A DNA stretch of 64,000 nt from Candidatus Obscuribacteraceae bacterium (lineage in GTDB: Bacteria > Cyanobacteriota > Vampirovibrionia > Obscuribacterales > Obscuribacteraceae): contig JBGASG010000001.1 in assembly GCA_044229845.1 (NCBI GenBank), positions 32,001 through 96,000 on the forward strand, written 5' to 3'. Below the pieces are notes generated by a model. The model did no database searches, had not been told where the DNA came from, and saw nothing but the letters and a program-made list of their open reading frames with translations. Shown here piece by piece: positions 41,658-52,129 of this stretch. Position 1 is the stretch's first letter; the number at the start of each line of letters is the position of its first letter. The position numbers were made by a program, and so were the translations under genes.

Positions 41658-44600
41658 GGCTGGCTAGGAGCGTGCGTGCCTCGACTAGTTCGGGCATATC
41701 CAGTCCTTCGGTGTACGCGCCGTATATGGTGCTCAGTGCTGCACGAGCTTCGTTCATGCGCCCCAACTTCTGCCAGAGTCTTGCGAGGCTGATGGTGCAG
41801 CGCAATTCCCAGCCGCGGCTCCCCTGGGCCCGAGCTGCTGCAATCGCTTCTTTGAAGAAACCTTCGGCCGCTGCCTCGTCCTTAGTCGCCGCTTGCGCCG
41901 CTAAGACCCCTCGCAGCCGCTTCAACTCGCTGCGGAAGATGCAATCATCGTTATTGGCGACTAGGACATCAGCTTCATCCAGTAGTCTCTCTGCCGGCTC
42001 ATAGTTTCCTGCCTTGATCTGCGCATCCGCCAAAACCGATAGCAGCGAAGGCACCGTCAGTGATGCCGCGAGAGCCCTGAATGATTTGATGCCTTGCTCC
42101 AATTTTGGTATTGCTTCGTTTGGGTGACCCTCTAACAGCTCTACCGCACCCAGCTGGAAGGTCGAAGTAGCTTCCCATAATGCGAATTTTTGATGCTTGG
42201 CCACAGCGGCTTCTTCCAGAGCTGCTGTCCGGGCTTCATTCGGCATGCGGCAGAAGTGATAGATGCGGCTGGAGAAATACAGTGCGTGCGCCAGACTGAA
42301 TGGATGTCCGATCTTGCGAGCCAACGCCACGGTCTCAGCATTGAGTCGGGACGCTTTTTCTGGAAGACCAAGATGCCACAGCGCCATGGCGAGATAGCTG
42401 CGCTGCACGACGGCCGAGTTCTGTCCGAGACGAGATGACCATATGGCGCATTGCTCCATGTCTTCATATTCGGCGGTCGCGCGCTCGCATTCTTCGCGGC
42501 AGCCTGCGAAGTCACCGCGATAAAAGCGCGTGACGGCAGTTGCAACGGCGGCTTCCATATTGATGCCACGGTCGCCGGTTCGCTCTGCCAGCGCTTGCAT
42601 CTCTGCGGACAAGTTTGTGCATAGTTCCAGATCGGCGCGCACCAGGTGCCAGCACCAGTTGCCCCACATCACTTCGAACATCTGGGCGCAGTCGTCGATC
42701 TTTTCGCAGAGAGAGCGGGCGCGAGCAAACGCGGGTCCGCTTTCGGGAGCGGCATATCCCATGGTCAGCTGGTATGCGGAGCCAAGTGGGCTGAGGAAGG
42801 CAAGTTCCATGCTGTCTCGATAGGAAGATTCGGGAAGCGTGTTGAGCAACTCCAATCCTTTCGTGAAGTGGTTGATTGCCTCGACATTGGCAAATTGCTC
42901 CTGGGCTTTGAAGCCCGCCGCCAACCAGTAACCGACGGACCTTTCGATCAGTCCGGCTTCAGTCAGGTGGTGCGCAATAAACTCCGGCTGCGCTTCGGTG
43001 GTTTGAGCGAATTGTTTCTCCAGTGCCTCGGCGATTTTGGCGTGACACTGCTGGCGGTGACTCTTGACCATGGCGTTGTACAGCGCATCTTCCAGCAGTG
43101 CGTGCTTGAAGTGGTACGATGAATTGGGCGGGCGACCCTTCTGATAGAGTATTTCGGCTTGCACGAGCTTAGACAGTTCCGCATCCAGATTGTCTTTGTC
43201 TGCGCCGCACACCGCTGCCAGCAGCTGATAGCTGAAGCCGCGACCTAGCTGAAGCCGCGACCGAGCGCGGAGGCTAGCTGTGCGAGTTCGCGATCGCCTT
43301 CCATTCTGTCGAGACGAGCCATAATCAGGTCTTGCAACGCCGGTGGAATGGCGCGCACCATGAATGTCTTGACCTGATTGTTATCCTCAGCGCTTTGCAC
43401 GAGCAGACCCGATTCCTTCACCATCTTGGTGAATTCTTCGACGAACAGAGGAATACCGTTCGAGCGATTGCAGACCTCGTCAACCACATTATCGGGAACT
43501 TGGCTGCCTGTTTTTCTCTCCATTAGCTCGGCGACTTGACGCTTGGTCAGGCGATTGAGCGCGAGACTGGTCTGGTGCTCGAGGGACGACCAGGGAGTGC
43601 GAAACTCTGGACGAAACGTCAGCAATATCAGAATGCGTTCGTCTCGCACCTCCGACAGTAATAGCGTGAGAAACTCCAGCGTCGACGCATCCAGCCAGTG
43701 TAGGTCTTCGATTACGAAGAGCACCGGCCGCGATGCCGAGTAAGCTTGCAGCCATTCTTTAAGTGCGAGAAACACCTCTTCGCGCTCTCGCGCGGGCGAG
43801 AGTGCCAGTGAAGGAAACCGCGCGTCCGCCGGCAGCGACAGCAGCGAAGCAAAAAGCGGAACCGCCTCTCGCGATGCCAGTCCATATTTCTCCAGGTGCT
43901 TCAGCAAGCGAGCGAAGTGCTCGGTGGGTGTTTCGTCACGATTGAGCTTCAGTAGTCGCTGAAAATAGTTGGTTGCCGGATAGAGTCCCGTGCTGCGGAA
44001 ATGCGGCGAGCAGCGCCATTCGATGACAGGCGAGTCACCGTTCTGGTTGGTGGCACCGGCGGCGACGTGTTCCTTCATCGCATGCACCAAGCGCGATTTG
44101 CCCAAGCCGGCTTCGCCGACCAGCAACACAATTTGGCCCATGCCTTCTTGCGCCTGTTCCCAGCGCTGCAAAAGGAGATTTAACTCGAGGTCGCGCCCCG
44201 TCAGTGGTGTCAACTCGACCGGCACACTGATCGCTGGGTCAAAGGCACCATCTTCAGATGGTTCGAGTAATTCGAAAACCTCAATCGGTTGATCGAGACC
44301 TTTGATTTTGTGAGTTCCAAGACTGGCGGATTTGAACCTGCCTCTGATGACGCTGCGCGTGGCTTCGCTAAATACGATCTGTCCGTCTGCGGCGACTTCC
44401 TTGAGTCGCTGCGCGATGGTGCGTGCCTCGCCGGCGAGCGAGATCATGTCACCTTCGAGGGAACAGATCGCCGTGCCCGTATGTACTGCGAGCCACGGAG
44501 TTAGATGCTGATCGGTGAGTTCCTGAAGTAATGTACGTGCTGTGGTGCATGCCCGGGCTGCAGCATCTTCTTGAGCCACGGGAAAGCCAAAGCAGGCGAG

Positions 44601-46016
44601 CAGACCCTCAGAACCACACTGAACGACGGTGCCGTTTAAACGCTCAACCGACTGGCGGCAGGACTGCTGGAAGGCGCTGATGATAGTTTCTCGCTCATCT
44701 TCTGAGACATTCTCGAGAAACTCTTCCGACTCAAAGGATTCGCAACCACAGACAAGCACGGTCACCTGGCGCCGCTCCGCTTTGCGCAAGCCGCTCTGAC
44801 GTGACGCGGTCGGTGGTGCTGCGGTTGGAGCAGCAACCGATTTCATCAACCATGAACTCGGCGATTTCGGACCATCGGCACCACCGGTGCCACCAGCTTG
44901 TTGCGCATAGCTGCCGGCGTCTTTGCCTTCAATTGCTTCCAATTCGGCTATCACATCCTTGGCGGTGCGCGGGCGGTCATCGACAGTTTTAGCCAGCAAC
45001 CGCAGCACCAGGTCATCCAGAGCCGGTGGGCAAAGAGGATTGGTCTGAATAGGCGGTGCCGGGGCTTCTGTAGCGAGGGACAGCAACGTGTCCATGATTG
45101 TGATTCGACCGAACGGCGGCTGCCCGGTGATTAATGCATACAGCAAGCAACCGAGGCTGAACAAATCTGTTCGCTCATCGAGATCGGCGCCGCGAGCTTG
45201 CTCGGGCGACATGTAGAGCGGCGATCCGATAATCATGCCGCTGCTCGTCAGCCTGCTGGTAACTTGTTGCGGTCTGGCCAACCCGAAATCGAGGAGCTTC
45301 ACTCGCCCCCGCGGCGCTTCCAGCCAGACGTTTTCAGGCTTGATGTCGCGGTGAATCAGACCGCGTTCATGTGCCGCAGCCAGCGCTTGCGCCGTCTCTT
45401 TGCCGATGCGAACAATGTCGCGCATGTTCGGACGACTCTCGCGTTGCAGAAGGCGATCGAGCGGACCGCCTTCGAGCAGTTCCATAGCGATGTAGCAAAC
45501 ATCGTTGTGCTGACCGACCTGGTGCACCGTCACCACATGGTCGCTCTTCACTTGCGCCATCGCACGAGCTTCTCGCAAGAAACGCTGCCGCACCTCGTCG
45601 TCTTCACGAAACTCCGACTTGATCACCTTGATGGCAACGGCGCGTTCAAGCTGAGTGTCTTCTGCCTGGAGTACCATCCCCATGCCGCCCTCGCCGAGAA
45701 TTTTGACGACGCGATAATGAGCCAGGCGTCCGAGTTCGTCCTCGGACGTCGGGGGCGACAAGAACGACAGCCGTTGCTCGTCGGTTTCGGCGGCAGGCGC
45801 CACCCGCGATACCTCGATGGGAGTCATCGCCGCCGCTCTCGGAACAGGAGGAATCGATGCTGAGCCGCCGGAGATCTTCTCCAGGGTCTGCAGTGTTGCG
45901 ATGCACATGGAGCAATGCTGCACATGCTCATTGAGCTGTTGTGCCTGCGCGTCTGTCAGTTCGCCCAGCAGAAGCTGGGCAATTTCGCCGGGGGTTGGGC
46001 AGGCAACTGTTTCCAT
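41650..46016 (-). pseudogene. ZAS zinc finger + Ser/Thr kinase + degenerate class III cyclase + STAND AAA ATPase + TPR protein, frameshifted by a 17-nt duplication
   Basis: HVQHCSMC, HRDIKPEN, DFG, GEAGLGKS, IEDLHW, YHFKHALL; duplication at 43229-43262. Confidence 0.9.
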
Positions 46017-46474
46017 CGCAAACCTGAAGCACCATCGGTGGTGATTGAAAGAAGGCTTCCGGGTAAAAAGCTCCACCCGTGCGGCATTATAACAAATTGA
46101 ATGCTTTAGGATGCGCGGTTCGCATGACAACATTTCGCGCGGCAATTCGTAACGGAGAGTCTACAGTCGGGTGGCAAGCGTCTGTGACAAGTGGCACCGC
46201 CTATGGTGCGCAGGTTTACTCGCCGGTCTCCTCGGACATTGGAAACCGCGTTTCGCATCCATCGAATCGAGTGCCGGATTAAATCGACTTCTTTGAAATG
46301 CCCGCCTCGCATGACAACGAAGCTCCGACTTCAAATAGCGGAGCCCGCCGCGCTCTGCTGGCTGTAACAAGGGGTCTACAAGGGGGAGCGTACGCGCTGA
46401 CTATGCGGGTGTCGAGATGCTAGAGTGTGGCAACCAGTTTTGACATAAGGAATGCCGTGCCTGGGGAGCCCGTA

Positions 46475-47179
46475 GTGAAGACCGTGCTGACGAGATTACT
46501 GGCTTTTTGCGCGCTTGCTGTGCTTGTGGCCGGATGTTCCAGCGGGGGATCCGGGGCAGGTTCTGGTGCGAGCTCCGGAGCCGATAACAACGCCGGGAAA
46601 GTGAAGGCGTTCTGGCAGTGGTTCGAGAAGAACGAACAGCAGTTGTTTGCGTCGAAGGACGATTCGGACGACGCCACGCTTGCCGATCTCGACAAGCAGC
46701 TTGAATCCATCAATCCAGACCTGACTTTTGAGTTCGGACCGGAGAGCAGCGGCAAGAGAGACTTTGTGATTGGCGCCAACGGATTGGAAGAAGTGATTCC
46801 GGTGGTCATGTCGACAGTAGCTAGCGCTCCGAAGCTCCCGCGCTGGCGAGTCATCGCGTTTCGGCAGAAACAGCGTGCTCCGAAACCCGTTAAGCAAGGC
46901 AAAGTGATGGTCAGTCCCGAGAAAGTGACCTTCATGCTGAAACCGGATGGTGACCGCGCATCCATAACGCTCTACGTCAAGGGCTACGATAATTCCGACG
47001 ACTACGAAGAAGCGACTTTGATCTTGCTGGACGAAACGCTTGGCGAATACGATTCCATCACAAGATTGAACGACATCGATATTAAGCCGAGGACAGAGGA
47101 TCGCAGGCGTGCAGCCAAGCCTTTGCCTCAGTTGTGTGCGGAACTCGATAAGATCGTCGCGCCGTCCAAAGCACCTTAA
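46475..47179 (+). CDS. Lipoprotein of unknown function
   Basis: Lipobox LVAGC; FWQWF, LTFEFG, LDETLGEY. Confidence 0.75.
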   Translation: MKTVLTRLLAFCALAVLVAGCSSGGSGAGSGASSGADNNAGKVKAFWQWFEKNEQQLFASKDDSDDATLADLDKQLESINPDLTFEFGPESSGKRDFVIGANGLEEVIPVVMSTVASAPKLPRWRVIAFRQKQRAPKPVKQGKVMVSPEKVTFMLKPDGDRASITLYVKGYDNSDDYEEATLILLDETLGEYDSITRLNDIDIKPRTEDRRRAAKPLPQLCAELDKIVAPSKAP

Positions 47180-47181
47180 AG

Positions 47182-48321
47182 TTACGGCTGTTCTGTGGTT
47201 TTGAGAATCTTTTTCCATGCCGGCAATGAAGTGTCCTTGCCGCCGCTGATTCGTTCGATAGCAGCTTGAACCTCCAGTCGCACTTCGAATTCTGGATCGT
47301 TAATGGCTTGTTGCAGTGATGGCAAGGCTTGTTCGGTGCCCATGTCGAAAAGGAATCTGGCTGCTCGCCATCGAACAAGTTTGTTGGAGTCACCGAGTGC
47401 CTTGCACATGGCGGATTGAGCTGAGGCATCGCCGAGATCTGACAGCGCATCACCGGCGGTGCGTCTCACGCCAACGGATGTGTCTTCGAGTAAGGCAGTC
47501 GCTAGCGGGGCGACAGCATTCTCGCTTCCCGACGCGCCGAGAGCAGCGGCGGCTAGTCGGCGTACCTGAGGCTGAGTGTCTGTGAGCGCTTTGATGAGAA
47601 ACGAAACCGCATCTTCCGCTGTCCCTATTTCTTGCACTGCCGCCAATCGTTTGTGCCAATCGTCAGATGCTAGATCCGCCTGTATCACAACGAGCGGTCT
47701 CTCGGCGCGGTGCTCTTGTTGTGACCCTCCTAAAGCATTAGCAACGAGCGATGCAAGTTCTGTTTCGTCCAGAGTCCCGCTGATTTCGTCCACAACTTCT
47801 GCGGCGACCTGATCGCGCGCACCATACCGCACACCTAGATTCTTCCAGTACCGCTCTTTTAGATAGTCTGCACCTGACTTTTCCTGGACAAGCTGCGCTG
47901 CATCGGAGAAGCGTGTGTCGAGCGCAACTCTGTTTTCGCCATCGGCATCAACAACTTTTACTTGAATCGGAATTCCGCGAAACGTCTGCACGAACACCGC
48001 CGCCTGTCCCAGGGTTTCGCCACGAGCCCGCTGTGCATCAGGACTTGTACCTTCGCCGACGCTCGACGTTGTGCCTGACAGAAGATGAGTTGCTGTGTCT
48101 AGAATCGAACTCCACTCTGTTCTTGGGTCTCGGTTCATCGTGATGAAGTCGCCGCACACAAACACACTCTGCACTCCATCTATGTTGAGGAGCTGCGCGA
48201 CGTAGTCGGGACAAGTGGTGGCATCCTTTGCAGTAAACGTCGCGGTCAGTCCAACAGACCGATCCAGATTGAGTTTCATGCTGTTGGGATTGGGTGTCGT
48301 CTCGATGGATATCAGCCGCAT
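47182..48321 (-). CDS. CvfC-like protein (Nfu_N scaffold + virulence factor domain + HEAT repeats)
   Basis: SIETTPNPNSMK, VQTFRGIPIQVK, VRRTAGDALSD, LVRWRAARFL. Confidence 0.85.
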   Translation of the reverse strand: MRLISIETTPNPNSMKLNLDRSVGLTATFTAKDATTCPDYVAQLLNIDGVQSVFVCGDFITMNRDPRTEWSSILDTATHLLSGTTSSVGEGTSPDAQRARGETLGQAAVFVQTFRGIPIQVKVVDADGENRVALDTRFSDAAQLVQEKSGADYLKERYWKNLGVRYGARDQVAAEVVDEISGTLDETELASLVANALGGSQQEHRAERPLVVIQADLASDDWHKRLAAVQEIGTAEDAVSFLIKALTDTQPQVRRLAAAALGASGSENAVAPLATALLEDTSVGVRRTAGDALSDLGDASAQSAMCKALGDSNKLVRWRAARFLFDMGTEQALPSLQQAINDPEFEVRLEVQAAIERISGGKDTSLPAWKKILKTTEQP

Positions 48322-48337
48322 TTCGGTACCGCTGACT

Positions 48338-48763
48338 TCAATCGGATTGCGGACTGCGCCGCGATTGTTTGATTGCGGACTGTTTACGTTTGCTATCGAG
48401 ACGTTTGCGTTTCGACGACAGGGTTGCCCTTGTTGGGCGTCTCTTCTTCGGAGCGGTGGCAACCGAAGTCAGCATTTCTCGTAGTTTCTGTAGGCAGTCA
48501 TCTGCGTTCGATGCCTGATCGCGAAACTTCTGACTGGTGAGAATCAAATCGCCTTCGTTGCTGATACGCGACGCGAATTTGGACATGAACCGCTCGCGCA
48601 CATCCTCGGGCAGCTCTGAAGAACTCGTGACGCGCCAGCGCATTAGCGCTTTGCTATTGACTTTGTTGACGTTCTGCCCGCCAGGTCCGCCGCTGCGCAC
48701 GAAGCTGAACTCGATCTGGTCGAGTGGTATTTGGATAGCGCTGGTGACGAATAATGTGTTCAC
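48338..48763 (-). CDS. arfB: Alternative ribosome-rescue peptidyl-tRNA hydrolase ArfB
   Basis: RSGGPGGQNVNKV and basic C-terminal tail. Confidence 0.95.
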   Translation of the reverse strand: MNTLFVTSAIQIPLDQIEFSFVRSGGPGGQNVNKVNSKALMRWRVTSSSELPEDVRERFMSKFASRISNEGDLILTSQKFRDQASNADDCLQKLREMLTSVATAPKKRRPTRATLSSKRKRLDSKRKQSAIKQSRRSPQSD

Positions 48764-48845
48764 GGCACGATCATAGACGCTGCGGGGACCATTTGGTTCT
48801 GCCTGTATTTAGAATTTAGCCATGAAGTCCTGGCGGGGCAAGGCA

Positions 48846-48893
48846 ATGTATTGACGAAACGTATGGACGAAATGTATTGACAATTTATATAAT
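48846..48893 (+). promoter_or_regulatory. brnTA promoter with three 13-bp direct repeats
   Basis: ATGTATTGACGAA/ACGTATGGACGAA/ATGTATTGACAAT then TATAAT at 48888. Confidence 0.7.
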
Positions 48894-48901
48894 GCTGTTG
48901 T

Positions 48902-49210
48902 ATGCAATATACATGGGACGAACGGAAACGAAAGATCAACCTCGCTAAGCATTTTGTCGACTTCGGTGATGGTTACTTGGTCATCGAGCATCCTGAGGCT
49001 TTCGAGAGTTTATCGATCAAGACCATCGAGGAGCGATACGAGGTCATAGCGCCGTTTGGGGAAGAAGCTGACCTTGTGTTGGTTGTTTACCACCCATTAG
49101 GTGACGACGAATGCCGCATAATCTCTATGAGATTGGCAAGCCATCAGGAAGAGATTCTTTACAAGCGCTTCAAGCAGAAGAAGGAACGAGATGCGAAACG
49201 AGAAAAGTAA
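48902..49210 (+). CDS. brnT: BrnT-family toxin
   Basis: WDERKRKINLAKH, RIISMRLA. Confidence 0.88.
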   Translation: MQYTWDERKRKINLAKHFVDFGDGYLVIEHPEAFESLSIKTIEERYEVIAPFGEEADLVLVVYHPLGDDECRIISMRLASHQEEILYKRFKQKKERDAKREK

Positions 49211-49568
49211 AACCGATCTGGCTAAGGCTCGCCAATTGAAGCGTGAAGGAAAGATAGATTTTTCTGATTCGCCAGAACTAACAGAAGAGTGGTTTAACTC
49301 CGCCACCTATGGAGCGCGACCTCCGAAGGTTATGCTGTCTATGCGGGTCGATGCGGATGTAATGGCGTTTTTTCGGGAGAGCATTGGACCAGGCTATCAG
49401 CGTGTGATTCACGATTTGCTTCGGAGATTCGTTGAATTGAAGAAGGCGGGCGCGAGGACTGAATGGAAAGTCTCGGAGGAAAGGACTGCCTCGAAAAAGC
49501 CGGCAAAATCTTCCAACCGGGTCAAAGCGGCTGCGTCATCGAGACAAAGAGCTAAGAAGAGTTCCTAA
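49191..49568 (+). CDS. brnA: BrnA-family antitoxin
   Basis: IDFSDSPELT, SMRVDADVMAFF, GYQ. Confidence 0.85.
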   Translation: MRNEKSKTDLAKARQLKREGKIDFSDSPELTEEWFNSATYGARPPKVMLSMRVDADVMAFFRESIGPGYQRVIHDLLRRFVELKKAGARTEWKVSEERTASKKPAKSSNRVKAAASSRQRAKKSS

Positions 49569-49575
49569 CTGAGCA

Positions 49576-51450
49576 CTAATGCGCAACAGGCTTGGGCGTC
49601 GTGACGGGCGGTTTGATTTTAACTGCCGTCGGAATGATGACTTGCTCGCCCGGCACACCTGTCATCGGGCGCGGCGATCCGGCTGGAGAAGAAATAACGA
49701 GTTCTCGACCCTGCCAGTTACCGCCTATCTGTGGTTCTTGCTGCGCCCCATAATCGCGTTTGACTTCCCACGACACCTGACTCTGCAACTTGTCGAAAGC
49801 TTGATTGACATTACCATTGCACGAGCGCAGCGCTTGAATGAGGTAGTGAGTGAAGATGCCGTTTTGATCGGTCTTTGATTCCCAAGAGGCTTGATTCATG
49901 CCGCTGGAACTGATGATCAAGTGTCCGTTGCCGACGGGAATTGCCTTGACGTCGAAGTTGCCGACGCGATTGATGCCCTTGCCTCCCTGCCCGGCATTGC
50001 CACTAAAGCAGGTATCAAGCACGATCAATGCCCGTTCTGTCTTGACGCCTTCTTTGATGCGGCGCGAGAGTTCGTCCATGTCGACGCCCGTTGCGTAGAG
50101 ATCATTGATGTCGGTATCGTATGCCACCACATAGTTTCTTCCGCCATTATCGATGCTCGACGGCGTCCCGTGAGTGGAGACGTACACAACAACCAGATCA
50201 CCCGGTTCCGCTACGTTGGGCAGCCAGCGACTGCCGAACGCGCTCATGATATTTGCGCGGGTGGCCTGTTCGTTCAATAAGGTGACGATGTGATCGGTCT
50301 TGAAGTTCTCCTCCTTGACCAGGAAGTCACGAAAGTCTTGCGCGTCTTTAGCGGCGAATTTCAGATTTATCTGTGGGTTGGCAAACTTGCTGATGCCTAC
50401 CACGACAGCCCACTTATCGCGAATCGGCGCATCGGGTTTGGTGGCAGTCGATGAGCTTGACACGGGCTTGGCTTGAGCAGTCTCATCGACTGCGGTTTGT
50501 GTGGAAGGCACACCGTCAAGCGTGCCGCCTTTGCATATGAGGTCGGTGATGTCCGTTCCGTGATCCGTTACCGGTTGCTTGCCGTAATAGACTCCGGACC
50601 CTTCAAGAATGAGATTTGCGCGCCCCGCCACAGCCTTTTGAACAAGAGAGCTGCAGCGACTGGCGGAGGCTGCGGTTTCTGTCTGAATGAACTTGACTAG
50701 AGCTTGCTGTTTCGCATTGATTTCTGATTGAAGAGCGCTCGCCATTTGTGCGAGTTCTTGCTTGCTCTTGCCGGCTTTCTGCGCCGCTGCGAGTTTGGCA
50801 TTCCCTTCGGCGACGTCGGTGCGTAGCTGCGTTTCGGCAGCGGTACGCTGTTTCTCTACATCCAGATCGGGAAGGGCTTTGAACACAGTAGCCTTGTTGA
50901 AATAAGCAATGTCGAATGTTGTGGGGGATGCGTTGCCGCTGGAGTCCGTACTAGCCACGCCCAGAGCATTGAGAATTGAGTTGGTGACATCGACACCCTT
51001 GTCGACCAGCACCTTGCCACCGCCATAGACTGCCGCGCCGTCGACGATAAGCTGTAATCCCTTTTGCTCCGCAACTTTCGTGGCGGCTTGGACGATCGCT
51101 TGAGTGGCGGCAGTGTTCTTTGCCTGATAGTCCGCTATCAACTGCTGCTGCCTGGAATTAATAGTGGACTGGATTTCATCCGCCATCGCCTGTTGCTGAG
51201 CCAGGCTGCTACCGGAGGCTTTCGCAGCGTCCAACCGTTTGTTGCCGGCGTCGACTTCGTCCCGCAGGTCCTTCTCGGACTGAGTGCGGAATGCATCGGC
51301 ATCCAGCGAAGCCTGGAACTTGCTTTTAACGACCGCCAGATTGAAGTATCCAGCTTTGATCGTCACTGTATCCGCCGCTGCTGGATTTAAGTGACTGGAG
51401 GACAGCAGGAGAAGGCTGAAAGCAGTCACCAGTAAGGTTTTTGATTTCAT
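49576..51450 (-). CDS. Secreted protein: two OmpH/Skp-like domains fused to a caspase-like (C14) domain
   Basis: Signal peptide; IKAGYFN...VAEQKGLQLIVD...DVT repeated; KWAVVVGIS, STHG, LDTCFSG. Confidence 0.8.
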   Translation of the reverse strand: MKSKTLLVTAFSLLLLSSSHLNPAAADTVTIKAGYFNLAVVKSKFQASLDADAFRTQSEKDLRDEVDAGNKRLDAAKASGSSLAQQQAMADEIQSTINSRQQQLIADYQAKNTAATQAIVQAATKVAEQKGLQLIVDGAAVYGGGKVLVDKGVDVTNSILNALGVASTDSSGNASPTTFDIAYFNKATVFKALPDLDVEKQRTAAETQLRTDVAEGNAKLAAAQKAGKSKQELAQMASALQSEINAKQQALVKFIQTETAASASRCSSLVQKAVAGRANLILEGSGVYYGKQPVTDHGTDITDLICKGGTLDGVPSTQTAVDETAQAKPVSSSSTATKPDAPIRDKWAVVVGISKFANPQINLKFAAKDAQDFRDFLVKEENFKTDHIVTLLNEQATRANIMSAFGSRWLPNVAEPGDLVVVYVSTHGTPSSIDNGGRNYVVAYDTDINDLYATGVDMDELSRRIKEGVKTERALIVLDTCFSGNAGQGGKGINRVGNFDVKAIPVGNGHLIISSSGMNQASWESKTDQNGIFTHYLIQALRSCNGNVNQAFDKLQSQVSWEVKRDYGAQQEPQIGGNWQGRELVISSPAGSPRPMTGVPGEQVIIPTAVKIKPPVTTPKPVAH

Positions 51451-51592
51451 ATTAAATTCGAGCCGAGGAGCACGATTTTATCGTACCCACGCGAACAATA
51501 TTTATATCGATGCCGAAGTGCGGAGGGTAACAATCGAGGTGTCCAAGTCGGGCACCATGGGTGATACCATGCTTAGGCGCTAAGCCGCTGAA

Positions 51593-52048
51593 CTACCGCA
51601 CGCCGAGCTTTGCCAGTTCTTCGTCCAGAGTTTCCAGTCCTGCTGGCCAGTTGTCTCTGTGCCCGTCTCGACTGCGTTCATCTGCGAAGCCGGAGTGGGT
51701 CAAGCGAAGATGAGTGCCCTTGTCGGTGGGCGTGAGCTCAATTCTCAAGACAGTTTCTGTGCCGGCGGTGCCGTCTTTGCCTGTAAGCCATGTCATTTCG
51801 ACTATTCTGTTTTTCTCCAATTCGAGAAACCGGCCGTAGTGCGGGTGACTGCCCCAGTCTTTGCGGTTGTTGAAGAAGAACGGTCTGTCGACTTCCGGGA
51901 CCATGAGGATCTCGCCCGGTTCGGCAAACCATCTGTCGAACTTCTCGGTCCACGCTTCGTAGATGGATTTCGCGTCTGCTTTCATGACGCGTTCGACCGT
52001 CATGGTTAAGGGGCGCGCCGATATGTCTGGAGGGCACTTGGATTTCAT
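51593..52048 (-). CDS. SRPBCC/AHSA1-like protein
   Basis: IYEAWT, GRFLEL, THLRLTHSGF, HRDNW. Confidence 0.85.
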   Translation of the reverse strand: MKSKCPPDISARPLTMTVERVMKADAKSIYEAWTEKFDRWFAEPGEILMVPEVDRPFFFNNRKDWGSHPHYGRFLELEKNRIVEMTWLTGKDGTAGTETVLRIELTPTDKGTHLRLTHSGFADERSRDGHRDNWPAGLETLDEELAKLGVR

Positions 52049-52129
52049 TGGATAATCCCCGGGTTTGGAAAGGAGTCCTAGCATACTACGTTTTGAAAAC
52101 CGACAAAGTCCCGACACGCGGATGTGCCG

